A DNA stretch of 64,000 bases. It comes from Candidatus Levyibacteriota bacterium (GTDB taxonomy: Bacteria > Patescibacteriota > Microgenomatia > Levybacterales > GWA1-39-11). Under the pieces are notes generated by a model. That model was not told where the DNA came from and searched no databases. It saw only the letters and a program-made list of their open reading frames with translations. Within the stretch, counting starts at the first letter, position 1. The number at the start of each line of letters is the position of its first letter. The DNA is taken from NCBI GenBank assembly GCA_050255815.1, contig JBLMVJ010000019.1, positions 26 to 64,025 on the forward strand, given 5' to 3'. Shown here in pieces: positions 21,429 through 30,854 of this stretch. Position numbers and translations under genes: made by a program.

Positions 21429-21433
21429 AGTAA

Positions 21434-22201
21434 CTATTTCTCCTGCTCTTTCTCTTCCTTTTCTTCTTTTCTTTCACTCTTTTCTTCCGACTCTTTTTTT
21501 GTTTCTTTTTCTTCATGATGTTCTTTCTTATGGGCAGTATGTTTTTTACCCCTGTCCTCCTTCAGTTTTCCATTCTCTAAAACTATTACCCGGTCTTCCG
21601 ACCCTATAAAATTTTCATTGTGGGTGGCCATAAAAATAGTAGTTCCCTTCTTATTAATACTTTTCAAAAGGTTTACTATTTGTTCTGACGTTTTTAGGTC
21701 CAGGTTGCCCGTAGGCTCATCTGCCAGTAATATCTCCGGACTAAAAACTAAAGCTCGTGCTATAGCAACCCGCTGGCGCTCTCCTCCTGAAAGCTGAAGA
21801 GGGAATTTATTCAATGCATCTGCCAGATCAACTTCCAACAGCGTTTCCTCTGCTTGTTTTCTTGCTTCATCCTCAGCAATACCTGAAAAAAGAAGCGGAA
21901 GCATAACATTTTCTGTTACCGTCCTGTCCATCAACAACTTCAAATCCTGGAATATAACCCCAACTTTTCTTCTTAAGATGGGCACCTGTTTTTTGGGCAG
22001 GTTGGGGATATCCCATTCCCCCAGCATAATACTCCCTCCTGTGGGAAGTAGATCCCTTATAATAAGACGGAAAATAGTGGTTTTTCCTGAACCCGTAGGC
22101 CCTATGAGGTAAGCAAACTCTCCCTGGGGAATATTAAAGGATACCGCATCTAGGGCAGCTGAGTTATTATACTTCTTACTGACATCTGTAAATACAATCA
22201 T
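21434..22201 (-). CDS. ftsE: Cell division ATPase FtsE
   Basis: GPTGSGKT, FQDLKLL, LSGGERQR, ADEPTGNLD. Confidence 0.92.
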   Translation of the reverse strand: MIVFTDVSKKYNNSAALDAVSFNIPQGEFAYLIGPTGSGKTTIFRLIIRDLLPTGGSIMLGEWDIPNLPKKQVPILRRKVGVIFQDLKLLMDRTVTENVMLPLLFSGIAEDEARKQAEETLLEVDLADALNKFPLQLSGGERQRVAIARALVFSPEILLADEPTGNLDLKTSEQIVNLLKSINKKGTTIFMATHNENFIGSEDRVIVLENGKLKEDRGKKHTAHKKEHHEEKETKKESEEKSERKEEKEEKEQEK

Positions 22202-22248
22202 GGAAACAATTTGGCAATTTTTAAGTCCCGAAGAAAACTTTGAGCGAA

Positions 22249-22704
22249 TTATTCAATTTGCGCTCTTCCAACATCCATCAGCCAACCGGCCTTTTGGGCA
22301 GAATTAGTTTCTCCCCACACTTTAATTTTTTTACCAACCAGCTTTGAGAGGTCTAAGACGGAAGAGGTGAGATATACGTTCTGGGAATCACCACCTGGCC
22401 GCTCCAAATGAAATGCACCTTCCCCGTCTATGCCGCCCTCTTTCAGGACGCCTTCTGCAGAATCTTTAAATGCTGACGTATCAGGGGAGCCAAAAACAGT
22501 ACCGGGCTTCAGTGCTGCTAAATTTGTATCAGAGGTTACCGTAACTACCGCTGTTTTTCTGGTCGCAAAGAAAAATCCCACCCCTATACCCAAAATGACC
22601 ATGGCTATAAAAACATACAGGGAATTTTTTACTAAAAAAGGACCGGAAGATTTTTTCTTTGGTGTTTTCTCATCAAAACTATGAACAACTGACTTGCCTT
22701 CCAT
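22249..22704 (-). CDS. Hypothetical membrane-anchored protein (OB-fold-like)
   Basis: Single TM followed by a beta-rich domain. Confidence 0.7.
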   Translation of the reverse strand: MEGKSVVHSFDEKTPKKKSSGPFLVKNSLYVFIAMVILGIGVGFFFATRKTAVVTVTSDTNLAALKPGTVFGSPDTSAFKDSAEGVLKEGGIDGEGAFHLERPGGDSQNVYLTSSVLDLSKLVGKKIKVWGETNSAQKAGWLMDVGRAQIE

Positions 22705-22744
22705 ACAGTACAGTAAACCATATTTGAAAGAATTTTACAATATA

Positions 22745-23752
22745 TTAAGCCTTCAGTTCAGCCTCAATAAAGACGTCCAGATCTCCATCTAAAATAGCGT
22801 TTACATTTCCGGATTCTACCTTGGTCCTGGTATCTTTCACCAACTGGTAAGGATGCAGTACATAATTCCTGATTTGGTTTCCCCAGGAAGGCGCCACATA
22901 TTCCCCGCGGATCTCTTTTTTCTCTTTTGCTTTATCTTCCTCATATTTTGCCCAAAGCTTAGCTTTCAGAAGCCGTAAGGCATTTTCCCGGTTCTGGTTT
23001 TGGTAGCGCTCCTGGGAACAGGTGACAATAAGCCCGGTAGGTTTATGGGTAAGACGTACAGCCGTAGAGACTTTATTTACGTTTTGGCCGCCATGGCCAC
23101 CAGAACGGAAAAAATCCCATTCCAGGTCATCATCTTTTATATCTACCTCAGAATCATTTTCAATTTCAGGCAGTACTTCAACCAACGCAAAGGAAGTTTG
23201 ACGCAGATTAGCCGAATTAAACGGGGAAAGCCTGACCAACCGGTGAACTCCCTGTTCACCCTTTAGATACCCGTATGCATTTGTCCCCTTAATACTTACC
23301 ACTACTTTTTTTAGCCCGGCTTCTTCACCGGAAACTACATCTATCTCTTCCAGTTCCCACCCTTTTTCCTCAGTAAACCGGGTATACATGCGGTATAGCA
23401 TTTGCGTCCAGTCCATGGCATCCACCCCGCCCTGGCCTGCATGGATAGTCATAATGGCATTATTTTTGTCATGCTTTCCGGAAAGGTATAAATACAGCTC
23501 CAGGTCTTTGATAAAATGCTCAAGTTCACTATAGTGGCCTAAATCAAGCAGTTCCTGGATTTTTTGAGCGTCAGCCAACTCTTTCTGTAAAGATCCCAAT
23601 TGTTTCATTTTAGAAGTTGCAGCAGTGGGGTCTTTCCAGAAGTCCGGATCCATACTCTCAGATTCAATTGCAGACATCTGTTTCTTTTTCTCTTCAACGT
23701 CTAGTTTTTGGAGGATTATATGCGCCCGCTCTTTCAGCTCATCTTCATTCAT
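22745..23752 (-). CDS. prfB: Peptide chain release factor 2
   Basis: SPF anticodon motif, [16 protein letters not shown]. Confidence 0.95.
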   Translation of the reverse strand: MNEDELKERAHIILQKLDVEEKKKQMSAIESESMDPDFWKDPTAATSKMKQLGSLQKELADAQKIQELLDLGHYSELEHFIKDLELYLYLSGKHDKNNAIMTIHAGQGGVDAMDWTQMLYRMYTRFTEEKGWELEEIDVVSGEEAGLKKVVVSIKGTNAYGYLKGEQGVHRLVRLSPFNSANLRQTSFALVEVLPEIENDSEVDIKDDDLEWDFFRSGGHGGQNVNKVSTAVRLTHKPTGLIVTCSQERYQNQNRENALRLLKAKLWAKYEEDKAKEKKEIRGEYVAPSWGNQIRNYVLHPYQLVKDTRTKVESGNVNAILDGDLDVFIEAELKA

Positions 23753-23855
23753 GAGAGAATTGTACCATAATTGTAATTTTCAATTTAAAATTTGAATTGA
23801 ATTTGAAATTTTAAAATTCATTGAAAATTAAAAATTAGAAGAAGCCTGTGGAGAA

Positions 23856-24209
23856 TCACTTCTTGCAGACTAGGTTACAAAACGCTTCCACCGGGTTACT
23901 GTTTCCCTTTTGGATGCTTTGGAGGTCTAAAATAATTTTCTGGAGAGCTGCTCCTGACGCGGTTAAGTTTTCAGCAGTTAAGGATTCCAGCTCTTTTTTT
24001 GCCTGGTTCAAAAGCTTACCGGCGTCATCTTTAGTCAAAACTTTCACTTCTGTGGTTGGAACCGGGTTAAACGTTGCGCCCAAGACTTCAGAGGCTTTCT
24101 TCCCTGTTTTTTGAAGAAGATAAAAACCAAAACCGCCTAAAATAAGGAGGACAAGACACGCAACCAAAATTCTTTTTCCGCTCCAGGACTCTACCACCTG
24201 CCCCTCCAT
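23856..24209 (-). CDS. Hypothetical single-TM protein
   Basis: TM followed by helical region; start taken at MEGQVV. Confidence 0.65.
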   Translation of the reverse strand: MEGQVVESWSGKRILVACLVLLILGGFGFYLLQKTGKKASEVLGATFNPVPTTEVKVLTKDDAGKLLNQAKKELESLTAENLTASGAALQKIILDLQSIQKGNSNPVEAFCNLVCKK

Positions 24210-24320
24210 AAAACCATCTTCCCTATTAATCCATCTTCTCATCTAACTCATATTTTACCATTCAAAATCAACTCCGGCATAACGTACCATCTCACAAAGC
24301 TGAATGCTATAATGAAAGCT

Positions 24321-24653
24321 ATGAATCTTAAGTCTATCCAAGAAAAAGTAAAGATAATGGACCAAAAAACCAGGCCGCATTATAAACTCTATACACAAAC
24401 AGAAAAGGAAATCCTGACAAAAACGGTGAAATTAAATGAAGAAGTAGGGGAATTATGCAATGATATTCTTTCAATCCTTAAGTTGCAACGGAAAGCAAAA
24501 CTCGATAAGTTTAACAAGTCAAACATCTATCAAGAGTTTGCTGATGTGATTATAACAACCATTCAACTAGCTTCTGCCGCAGGCGTTGACGTAGAACGTG
24601 CGGTTCAGGATAAGCTAAAAAAGATTGAGGAAAAATACATGCCAAAGAGCTAG
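24321..24653 (+). CDS. MazG-like nucleotide pyrophosphohydrolase
   Basis: KLNEEVGEL...EFADV; TGcTATAAT 7 nt before ATG 24321. Confidence 0.85.
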   Translation: MNLKSIQEKVKIMDQKTRPHYKLYTQTEKEILTKTVKLNEEVGELCNDILSILKLQRKAKLDKFNKSNIYQEFADVIITTIQLASAAGVDVERAVQDKLKKIEEKYMPKS

Positions 24654-24700
24654 AAGAATTTTTTGACTCTTTAAAAGTTCACGAAGTACTGGATTTTTGC

Positions 24701-25543
24701 CTAACTGGCAATTTCTGAAATAAACTGTCTTACTTTATCCCTATCCCTTTTTGGTATATTATCTATAACCCTTTCCAATCCAAATGTATCGACTGCGTTC
24801 CTGAGTAGTCTCCCATGGTCTTCCGGATCTAATACTACCGCCATAGTTTCCTGATTTTTTATTGCTGCATATAAGTCACCTTTATACGCCGTCAAACCTC
24901 TTCCCACAGTTAACCTGTGACCATCGGAAGATCCAACGGCTGCACCCAGTCTCCCCTTATGAGACCTTCTGTATTCTTGTGCAAAAGTATTTGAATCTCT
25001 GTATCCATCTCCACCCATGGAAGACGCATCTACTACTCCCATATTGTGTACCTCATATCCATCTATATATACATCTGGATCAGTACTTCTTTCTAAAGAG
25101 TTAAAAAGTTCCCTGTCAGCAGAATCAAGCCGCTTGTAAAAAGGATGGGGAACAATAGCAAGCCCCCCCTGCCCGTGTATTTTTTTAATAACATTTTTCA
25201 TGCTCCTTCTCACTACACCATGGTCTCCTCTTTCTACCACCGCAGAAATACCTTCTTTTAGGAAAACACCTATTAAGTGACCGTCTTTTGTCGTAATTTC
25301 CATACCCGTGACAACTTGAATATCTAACCCATTCGCAGCAGCATACTGTTGCCCTTCAAAAGAAGAGTCAATATTATCATGGTCTGTAATAGCTATTGCA
25401 CTGAGGCCCGATTTTCTTGCAAGAAACACAGCTTCACCTGGTGTCATTCCTCCTCTTCTTGCAACGTCTATGGATCCTTTTGTGTGCATATGCAAATCAG
25501 CAAGCTGGTATCCCTTTAATGACCTTCCATATAGTTCTCTCAT
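24701..25543 (-). CDS. PHP-domain phosphoesterase
   Basis: DLHMHT, AITDHD, GMEIT..GH, PHPF, SDGH. Confidence 0.88.
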   Translation of the reverse strand: MRELYGRSLKGYQLADLHMHTKGSIDVARRGGMTPGEAVFLARKSGLSAIAITDHDNIDSSFEGQQYAAANGLDIQVVTGMEITTKDGHLIGVFLKEGISAVVERGDHGVVRRSMKNVIKKIHGQGGLAIVPHPFYKRLDSADRELFNSLERSTDPDVYIDGYEVHNMGVVDASSMGGDGYRDSNTFAQEYRRSHKGRLGAAVGSSDGHRLTVGRGLTAYKGDLYAAIKNQETMAVVLDPEDHGRLLRNAVDTFGLERVIDNIPKRDRDKVRQFISEIAS

Positions 25544-25549
25544 ATTATG

Positions 25550-26275
25550 CTATGCATGCCCTACAACTACCGCAATAGAAATCCTTCCCCGTCTTTCCAC
25601 TGCAATATGCCATTCATTAATTCCAAATTGTCTTCTTAATGCATCAGTCTCCCCATATGTTCTGACCTGCATTCTTCCATCCTGCATGTAGGTTTCAGCA
25701 GTTCTCCATTTTACTCCCAGTGGATTTCCATTTCCCACCAAAATCTTAGCTACTGCTTCTTTTACCGCCCACCTATTCTTCAGTAGGTCTGGATCCCCAT
25801 TGCATTCCTTGATCTCAGCTTCAGTAAAAGCTCTTTCTGGACGTGCAAAAAGCCGGCTTGACTGCCTATCCGCATTACAATCAACTCCAACCCTTAAATT
25901 ATTTACTGAACCCGTATCTCCTACAACAAACCCCACTGCAATTCCTTCATCATGGGAAATACTTACTGCAAAAGAGTTTATTCCTCTTCTAGTAGCCTCC
26001 CTAAATGCTTCTCCTTCTAGCTTCATAAAGGGATCTCCCTGTTTATGTTTCCCAATCTGAATATCAGACAGGGGAACAGGAACTCCTAATATTCTGGATA
26101 CCCCTAGCTTAACAGCCAATTTACCAGAAAGGCTTTCCTCTCTAATAACATCTTTTCTTTTACTCGACTCAATTTCTTCCTGGGTAAACCATCTTCTATC
26201 CATACCTTTTGCAACTTCAGAGGACAGCATTTCTAATCTTATGAATTGTGCCGGTATAGGAGTTTCTATTTTCAT
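25550..26275 (-). CDS. 4'-phosphopantetheinyl transferase with tandem AcpS-type domains
   Basis: FTQEEI...GKLAVK...GDP...SISHD, then GVD...FTEAEI...RWAVKEAVAK. Confidence 0.75.
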   Translation of the reverse strand: MKIETPIPAQFIRLEMLSSEVAKGMDRRWFTQEEIESSKRKDVIREESLSGKLAVKLGVSRILGVPVPLSDIQIGKHKQGDPFMKLEGEAFREATRRGINSFAVSISHDEGIAVGFVVGDTGSVNNLRVGVDCNADRQSSRLFARPERAFTEAEIKECNGDPDLLKNRWAVKEAVAKILVGNGNPLGVKWRTAETYMQDGRMQVRTYGETDALRRQFGINEWHIAVERRGRISIAVVVGHA

Positions 26276-26328
26276 GCCAGTATTGTACCAGATGGAAGAA
26301 AAAAAGACTTGTTAGAATTTTTGAGGAA

Positions 26329-27045
26329 TTAGAATGATACGAAGTATTGGATCTTTGCTTTAGACTGGATATCAGCTAGCCATGTCTGGAATTTTCCGGA
26401 AAGTTTTTGCTGCTGCAACTGGGTCCTCACAGAATCTCTGAGAGTCTTAGGATCTTCTGTGGAAGGGAATGAATCTTTATTCTGTTCTATGTATGCATCT
26501 ACTTCTTTATCTGACACCGTTGCATCTTTTGCAAACAATTTCTCAATCATTTTCTGGATTTTCAGCTGGTCTATAAGATCCGCGCGGGTTAAACCCTGCT
26601 GGTCCAATGCATCCTGCAGAGTCCTTCCCTGCTTTTTCAGGGCGTCATCAATTTTCTTAACTTCTGCATTTACTTCTGCATCTGTCACAGTGATATGTTT
26701 TTTATCCATTTCCTGGAGAATTAAATCTTTGGTGATCAGGGACTCAAGCGTTTTTTTGCCGTATGTTTTTTCTAATTGCTGGTCAACGGAAAGGCGGGTA
26801 ATAAGGTGACCATTTACAGTTGCGGCAATAAAAAATCCCCTAAAGATATAAATTAATACTGCTAACACTACCACTCCTATGATAATGGCGGCCTTTTTTG
26901 TAGAAATTCTTTTTGATGTTAGTTTTGCAGAAGTATTTGCCGGAGCTACAGCTGCTTTTGCAGGAGCTGATTTTTTAACTGCTGTCTTAGGAGCTGTCTT
27001 TTTAGCAGTGGTTTTCGTTGTTTTTTTAACGGTCTTAGTTGCCAT
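26329..27045 (-). CDS. SurA N-terminal domain / PrsA-like foldase without PPIase domain
   Basis: ATVNG..IT, LESLITKDLILQE, VTDAEV; start at MATKTV. Confidence 0.8.
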   Translation of the reverse strand: MATKTVKKTTKTTAKKTAPKTAVKKSAPAKAAVAPANTSAKLTSKRISTKKAAIIIGVVVLAVLIYIFRGFFIAATVNGHLITRLSVDQQLEKTYGKKTLESLITKDLILQEMDKKHITVTDAEVNAEVKKIDDALKKQGRTLQDALDQQGLTRADLIDQLKIQKMIEKLFAKDATVSDKEVDAYIEQNKDSFPSTEDPKTLRDSVRTQLQQQKLSGKFQTWLADIQSKAKIQYFVSF

Positions 27046-27149
27046 AAGTAATAAGTTCCTTGTTTTCCTCGCCTCGGAAAATAATTTCAAAAACCATTAT
27101 AGCACATTATGTAAAGTCTTAATTGCAAGAGTTTTGAACTCGTAACCCA

Positions 27150-27482
27150 TTAACTTTTTAACCTTTTAACTTTTCTTATCTCCTGGGCAAATTCCTCAAG
27201 TAGTTCTTTTGTTTTCTTTTTTATTTTTTCTTCTATACCTACCGTATTTTGTAATACGTGTTCCCAGATTTCTTTATGGTCATTTTCCCTGGTATTATGT
27301 ACAAATACTTTTTTATGTTCTTCCGGTAGCTCAGTTAAAATTACATCAAGCACCGTATAGTGAACGCTTGAATTAACATGGTGCATTAAATCCTCTTTCT
27401 CCTTCTGAGAAAGCCCCAATGAATCCAATTCATTTTCAACAATATCCAACTCGATTAAGTGAGAATAAAAAGAAGTCTTCAT
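27150..27482 (-). CDS. Hypothetical helical protein
   Basis: 110-aa ORF, co-oriented with neighbours. Confidence 0.7.
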   Translation of the reverse strand: MKTSFYSHLIELDIVENELDSLGLSQKEKEDLMHHVNSSVHYTVLDVILTELPEEHKKVFVHNTRENDHKEIWEHVLQNTVGIEEKIKKKTKELLEEFAQEIRKVKRLKS

Positions 27483-27543
27483 ATATTTCTTTAGTCAAAA
27501 ATAAAACTTTTAAATTTTACGTTGTAATTTTGCATTTTGAATT

Positions 27544-28464
27544 TTAAATTTTAACTTGATTCTTTGGTTGTATTGGTCCTAATGGAATACTATCAGTTGG
27601 GTCATCTATAAAAAAGTAGAGCACCGGTCCGCGCTGTGCTCCGTCTACCCGCTCTAAGTATCTCATAACTTCCGGGGATCCGCCCAAATGCTTTCCCGTG
27701 GATTCCCCCGGTCCGGCGTCTGCAATATCCACTATCATAGATTTTCCATTCTCAGGATTTACTACCAGCATTTTCCGGTATTTAAAAAACTCTATATACC
27801 GCTTTACATCATCATGGAATCCAGGTGCTAAAAATGTCTGGACCGCAATATAATATTTCTCCCTGTCTTTATCTTTCTGAGTTAAGTCAAACTTTGATTT
27901 TGCAAAATATCCCCATGCCCCTAAACCCGGCGCCATACCTGAATCTGAAAAGGTATTAAATTCTTCATCAGTATTAAAATGGCCTCCTCCTACCGAATCT
28001 CCTGGATAGAGTGCAAGATGCTGCTCTGCGCCTATGAGCCCGTAAGACCTGTTTAGCCTGATTCCCTGCAGTTCTGCTGAAATCGGCATATTAAAATCGC
28101 GTGAAAGGATTCCGGAAATTTGCTTTTCTTCTTCCGGAGTTAATTCCCGCACATCAGACGGCAATGCGCTGTGCAGATCTGAAATTAAAAACTCCGAAGA
28201 GGAAGGGGCAAACGCATGTTGTTCAACTGCGGGCAGTATTTTTGGAGGCAAGGAAGGTAGTGAATTGGTAAGGAGGATCATAGCTCCTAAACTACCGGCA
28301 GCAAGATTAGCAGGATACGTGGTTAATGCAGAAAGTGCACTCTTGTGTGTTTCAACCAGTTTATTTTTAATGTCTGCATGTTTTTGACTAAATACCGATT
28401 TTAAGTCCTGAAAAACAGAATCTCCCACACTGATATTGTTTCTTAAATAGAGGAGCAATGTCAA
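27544..28464 (-). CDS. Hypothetical protein with RlpA-like double-psi beta-barrel motif
   Basis: VVNPENGKSMIVDIADAGP resembles RlpA VTNxxNGRSVVVRINDRGP; start uncertain. Confidence 0.5.
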   Translation of the reverse strand: MTLLLYLRNNISVGDSVFQDLKSVFSQKHADIKNKLVETHKSALSALTTYPANLAAGSLGAMILLTNSLPSLPPKILPAVEQHAFAPSSSEFLISDLHSALPSDVRELTPEEEKQISGILSRDFNMPISAELQGIRLNRSYGLIGAEQHLALYPGDSVGGGHFNTDEEFNTFSDSGMAPGLGAWGYFAKSKFDLTQKDKDREKYYIAVQTFLAPGFHDDVKRYIEFFKYRKMLVVNPENGKSMIVDIADAGPGESTGKHLGGSPEVMRYLERVDGAQRGPVLYFFIDDPTDSIPLGPIQPKNQVKI

Positions 28465-28485
28465 GAAAAATGAGAATAGAGGAGA

Positions 28486-29589
28486 TTACGAAGCCCTGCC
28501 AAATCTCACTACTGCGCCTGCCGCCATTAATCCCGCCCCAAAACCAACCATCACGCTGGTATTCCCCTGATGGAGACTTCCCTCCCTGACCAGACGATCC
28601 ATAAGCTTTGGAATGGAAGCAGAAGACATATTTCCATCTTCCTGGTCCCGCCCCACCAGGCCATATTCCCCTTTTAGTTTTTTAGCCTGCCATTCAGTAA
28701 TTTTTCTGCTTCCCTGATGAAACAAAACAGCAGCTATATCTGAAGGATTAAGGCCGGCATCATCCACTAAAGACCTGGTAAAATCCGGTATCACCCTGGC
28801 CATTTTTTCCAAAACATGATGGCCATCCATATGCACTATTCCATCAGGTGAAACAGGCGCTCTTTTTATAAGGACTTGTCCTTTCAAAAGGGTAAAGTCC
28901 ACAGGCATTTGAAGAAGTTCATCTTCTTCCCTGGTAAAAGCATCCGTGGATTTTGCAGTGAGAATGGAAAGATCTTCCCCCAACGTAAAGGAAACCGCAG
29001 CTGCACCATCTGAAAAAATAGTCTGTGCCATATGCGGATCTCTTTCTCTGGATTCAGGATCTTCTAAATTCGCTAAATAGGGATGGTATTTTTCAGTTGC
29101 AACAAATAATACCCTTGCTCCCTCCAGCTCCTTTCCCTGTCTATGCAGCCAATCCAAACCCGCAGCAAAGCCTGAGCAGGCCATATGTATGTTTAACCTG
29201 TTTGAAGGCAGGACTCCTAAACGGTATGCATCATTTATTCTAAACGCTAGATCTTGTCCGGTAGGAAAACTGGAAGAGACCAATAATACGTCAGCGCCGG
29301 ATGGATGAAGACCTTCCACTGCTTTCATGGCCATAAAGAGCGGCGTCTCTTCCGGACTTGCTATAAACCGCTGTTTTACCCCAATAAGATCTTCCATCCC
29401 TTCCGCGGTTAATGGTTTTCCCGTACCTGAAGTAAGGCCCCAGGATACCATTTCTTCATTCGTAAGCACTCTTTTTGGCTGATATAAACTTGTTTTAACG
29501 GTAGGAAGCTGAGGAAACTCCCTATGTTCTACAATGTGCCTGAACTCTTGCAATGGACCGCGGGAAGGTCTAGAATCTGGTGAATACAT
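28486..29589 (-). CDS. 3-oxoacyl-ACP synthase III-like (FabH/KAS III family), divergent
   Basis: Catalytic triad intact: ACSGF, HQGS, GNMSSASI; FSDGAAA, GFGAG. Confidence 0.85.
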   Translation of the reverse strand: MYSPDSRPSRGPLQEFRHIVEHREFPQLPTVKTSLYQPKRVLTNEEMVSWGLTSGTGKPLTAEGMEDLIGVKQRFIASPEETPLFMAMKAVEGLHPSGADVLLVSSSFPTGQDLAFRINDAYRLGVLPSNRLNIHMACSGFAAGLDWLHRQGKELEGARVLFVATEKYHPYLANLEDPESRERDPHMAQTIFSDGAAAVSFTLGEDLSILTAKSTDAFTREEDELLQMPVDFTLLKGQVLIKRAPVSPDGIVHMDGHHVLEKMARVIPDFTRSLVDDAGLNPSDIAAVLFHQGSRKITEWQAKKLKGEYGLVGRDQEDGNMSSASIPKLMDRLVREGSLHQGNTSVMVGFGAGLMAAGAVVRFGRAS

Positions 29590-29693
29590 AATTCTTTAAT
29601 ACTGCAAATTATACAGGAAGAAGAACTAATGTCTATAAGAAGTTCAAATTTTTCTTACATTTTAAAAACCCGTTTTAAGTTAAAGTAAAAACC

Positions 29694-30848
29694 ATGAGTA
29701 AAATTGAGAGAGAGAGAATACCCGCAATCACCGGAGTAGGCGCTGCATTTGGAAAAAATGAAATATCAAATGAGAGAGTGTCACAACTTCTTGGTATACG
29801 TGAAAAAACGATAGGACGAATGATGAGTATGACCGGAGCTGGAATCGAGCATAGAAGATGGGTTGACTCTTCACAGTTAGGGGTAACACAAACTCTAACA
29901 AACCCTAACGATCCAAAAGATCCTAATTACTGGAAAGAGCATGGACTAGAAGTTGCCGCATCTGATTTAGCCTCAGAAGCACTTCTCAGAGCATCGGAAA
30001 TGGCAGGAATTGATGTAAAAAATATTAAAGCTATTGTTGGCGCTTCAGGTTCACAAGATTTGAGAGGAGTCCCAATTGCAGCCATGATTCAGGATAAACT
30101 TGGACTCCCCAGAAGCACAAGAGCACATGATGTCTATTCCGCATGTCCTGGATGGCTTCAGGCGCTCAGAAACACGTACGACAGTTTACTTAGTCCTCTA
30201 ACTGAAGGAGGACCACAAGCTGCGATTGGATCTGAGGTGCTAAGCCCAATCCTAAGCAAAGAAAGGTCTTCACTTTTTGTACTATTTGGTGATGCAGCAG
30301 GAGCAACTGTTGTAGATAATGTAATACCTGATGAAGGAGCTCCAAAAGTTATGGCATTTGAATTTGGTTCAGATGGTTCTCTTGCGCAAGAATTGTGCAT
30401 GCCAGGAGGGGGGAGTAAATATCCAAGCAGCCAAGAAACTCTTGATGCAGATCTACACACTCTTTTAATGAATGGTCCTGTTGTAGCTGAGCACGCTGTT
30501 AACTACATGGCAGAAGCAACACAAGCAGCATTAAAAAAAGCGGGAATCTCAAGAGAAGATGTAGATTGGATTATCCCACACCAGGCAAATAGAGGAATTA
30601 TGGATGATACATACAAGAGAATTATGGGAGACACAGCAGATGCAGCGGGAATTCCCTATGGAAATATGATTGCAACGGTACATAAATACGGAAATACATC
30701 TGCCTCAACCATTCCTATAGCTATGGCAGAAGCAATCCAAGAGGGAAAACTGAAGAGGAATCAATTGGTCGTGGTTACTTCATTTGGAGCAGGATTTGTT
30801 TATGGAGCCGCCGTCCTCTCTATGGTCGGCCTCCCAAAGAAAGCTTAA
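29694..30848 (+). CDS. fabH: 3-oxoacyl-ACP synthase III
   Basis: GIEHRR, ACPGW, LFGDAAGA, MNG, PHQAN, GNTSASTIP, FGAG. Confidence 0.9.
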   Translation: MSKIERERIPAITGVGAAFGKNEISNERVSQLLGIREKTIGRMMSMTGAGIEHRRWVDSSQLGVTQTLTNPNDPKDPNYWKEHGLEVAASDLASEALLRASEMAGIDVKNIKAIVGASGSQDLRGVPIAAMIQDKLGLPRSTRAHDVYSACPGWLQALRNTYDSLLSPLTEGGPQAAIGSEVLSPILSKERSSLFVLFGDAAGATVVDNVIPDEGAPKVMAFEFGSDGSLAQELCMPGGGSKYPSSQETLDADLHTLLMNGPVVAEHAVNYMAEATQAALKKAGISREDVDWIIPHQANRGIMDDTYKRIMGDTADAAGIPYGNMIATVHKYGNTSASTIPIAMAEAIQEGKLKRNQLVVVTSFGAGFVYGAAVLSMVGLPKKA

Positions 30849-30854
30849 AGCTTT

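Noticed and set aside
27150-27482. Acyl carrier protein for the fab cluster (contains ELDSLG)
   Set aside because: Lacks LGxDSLD context, the Ser is too near the N-terminus, and the protein is longer and less acidic than ACP. Worth only a quick HMM check.
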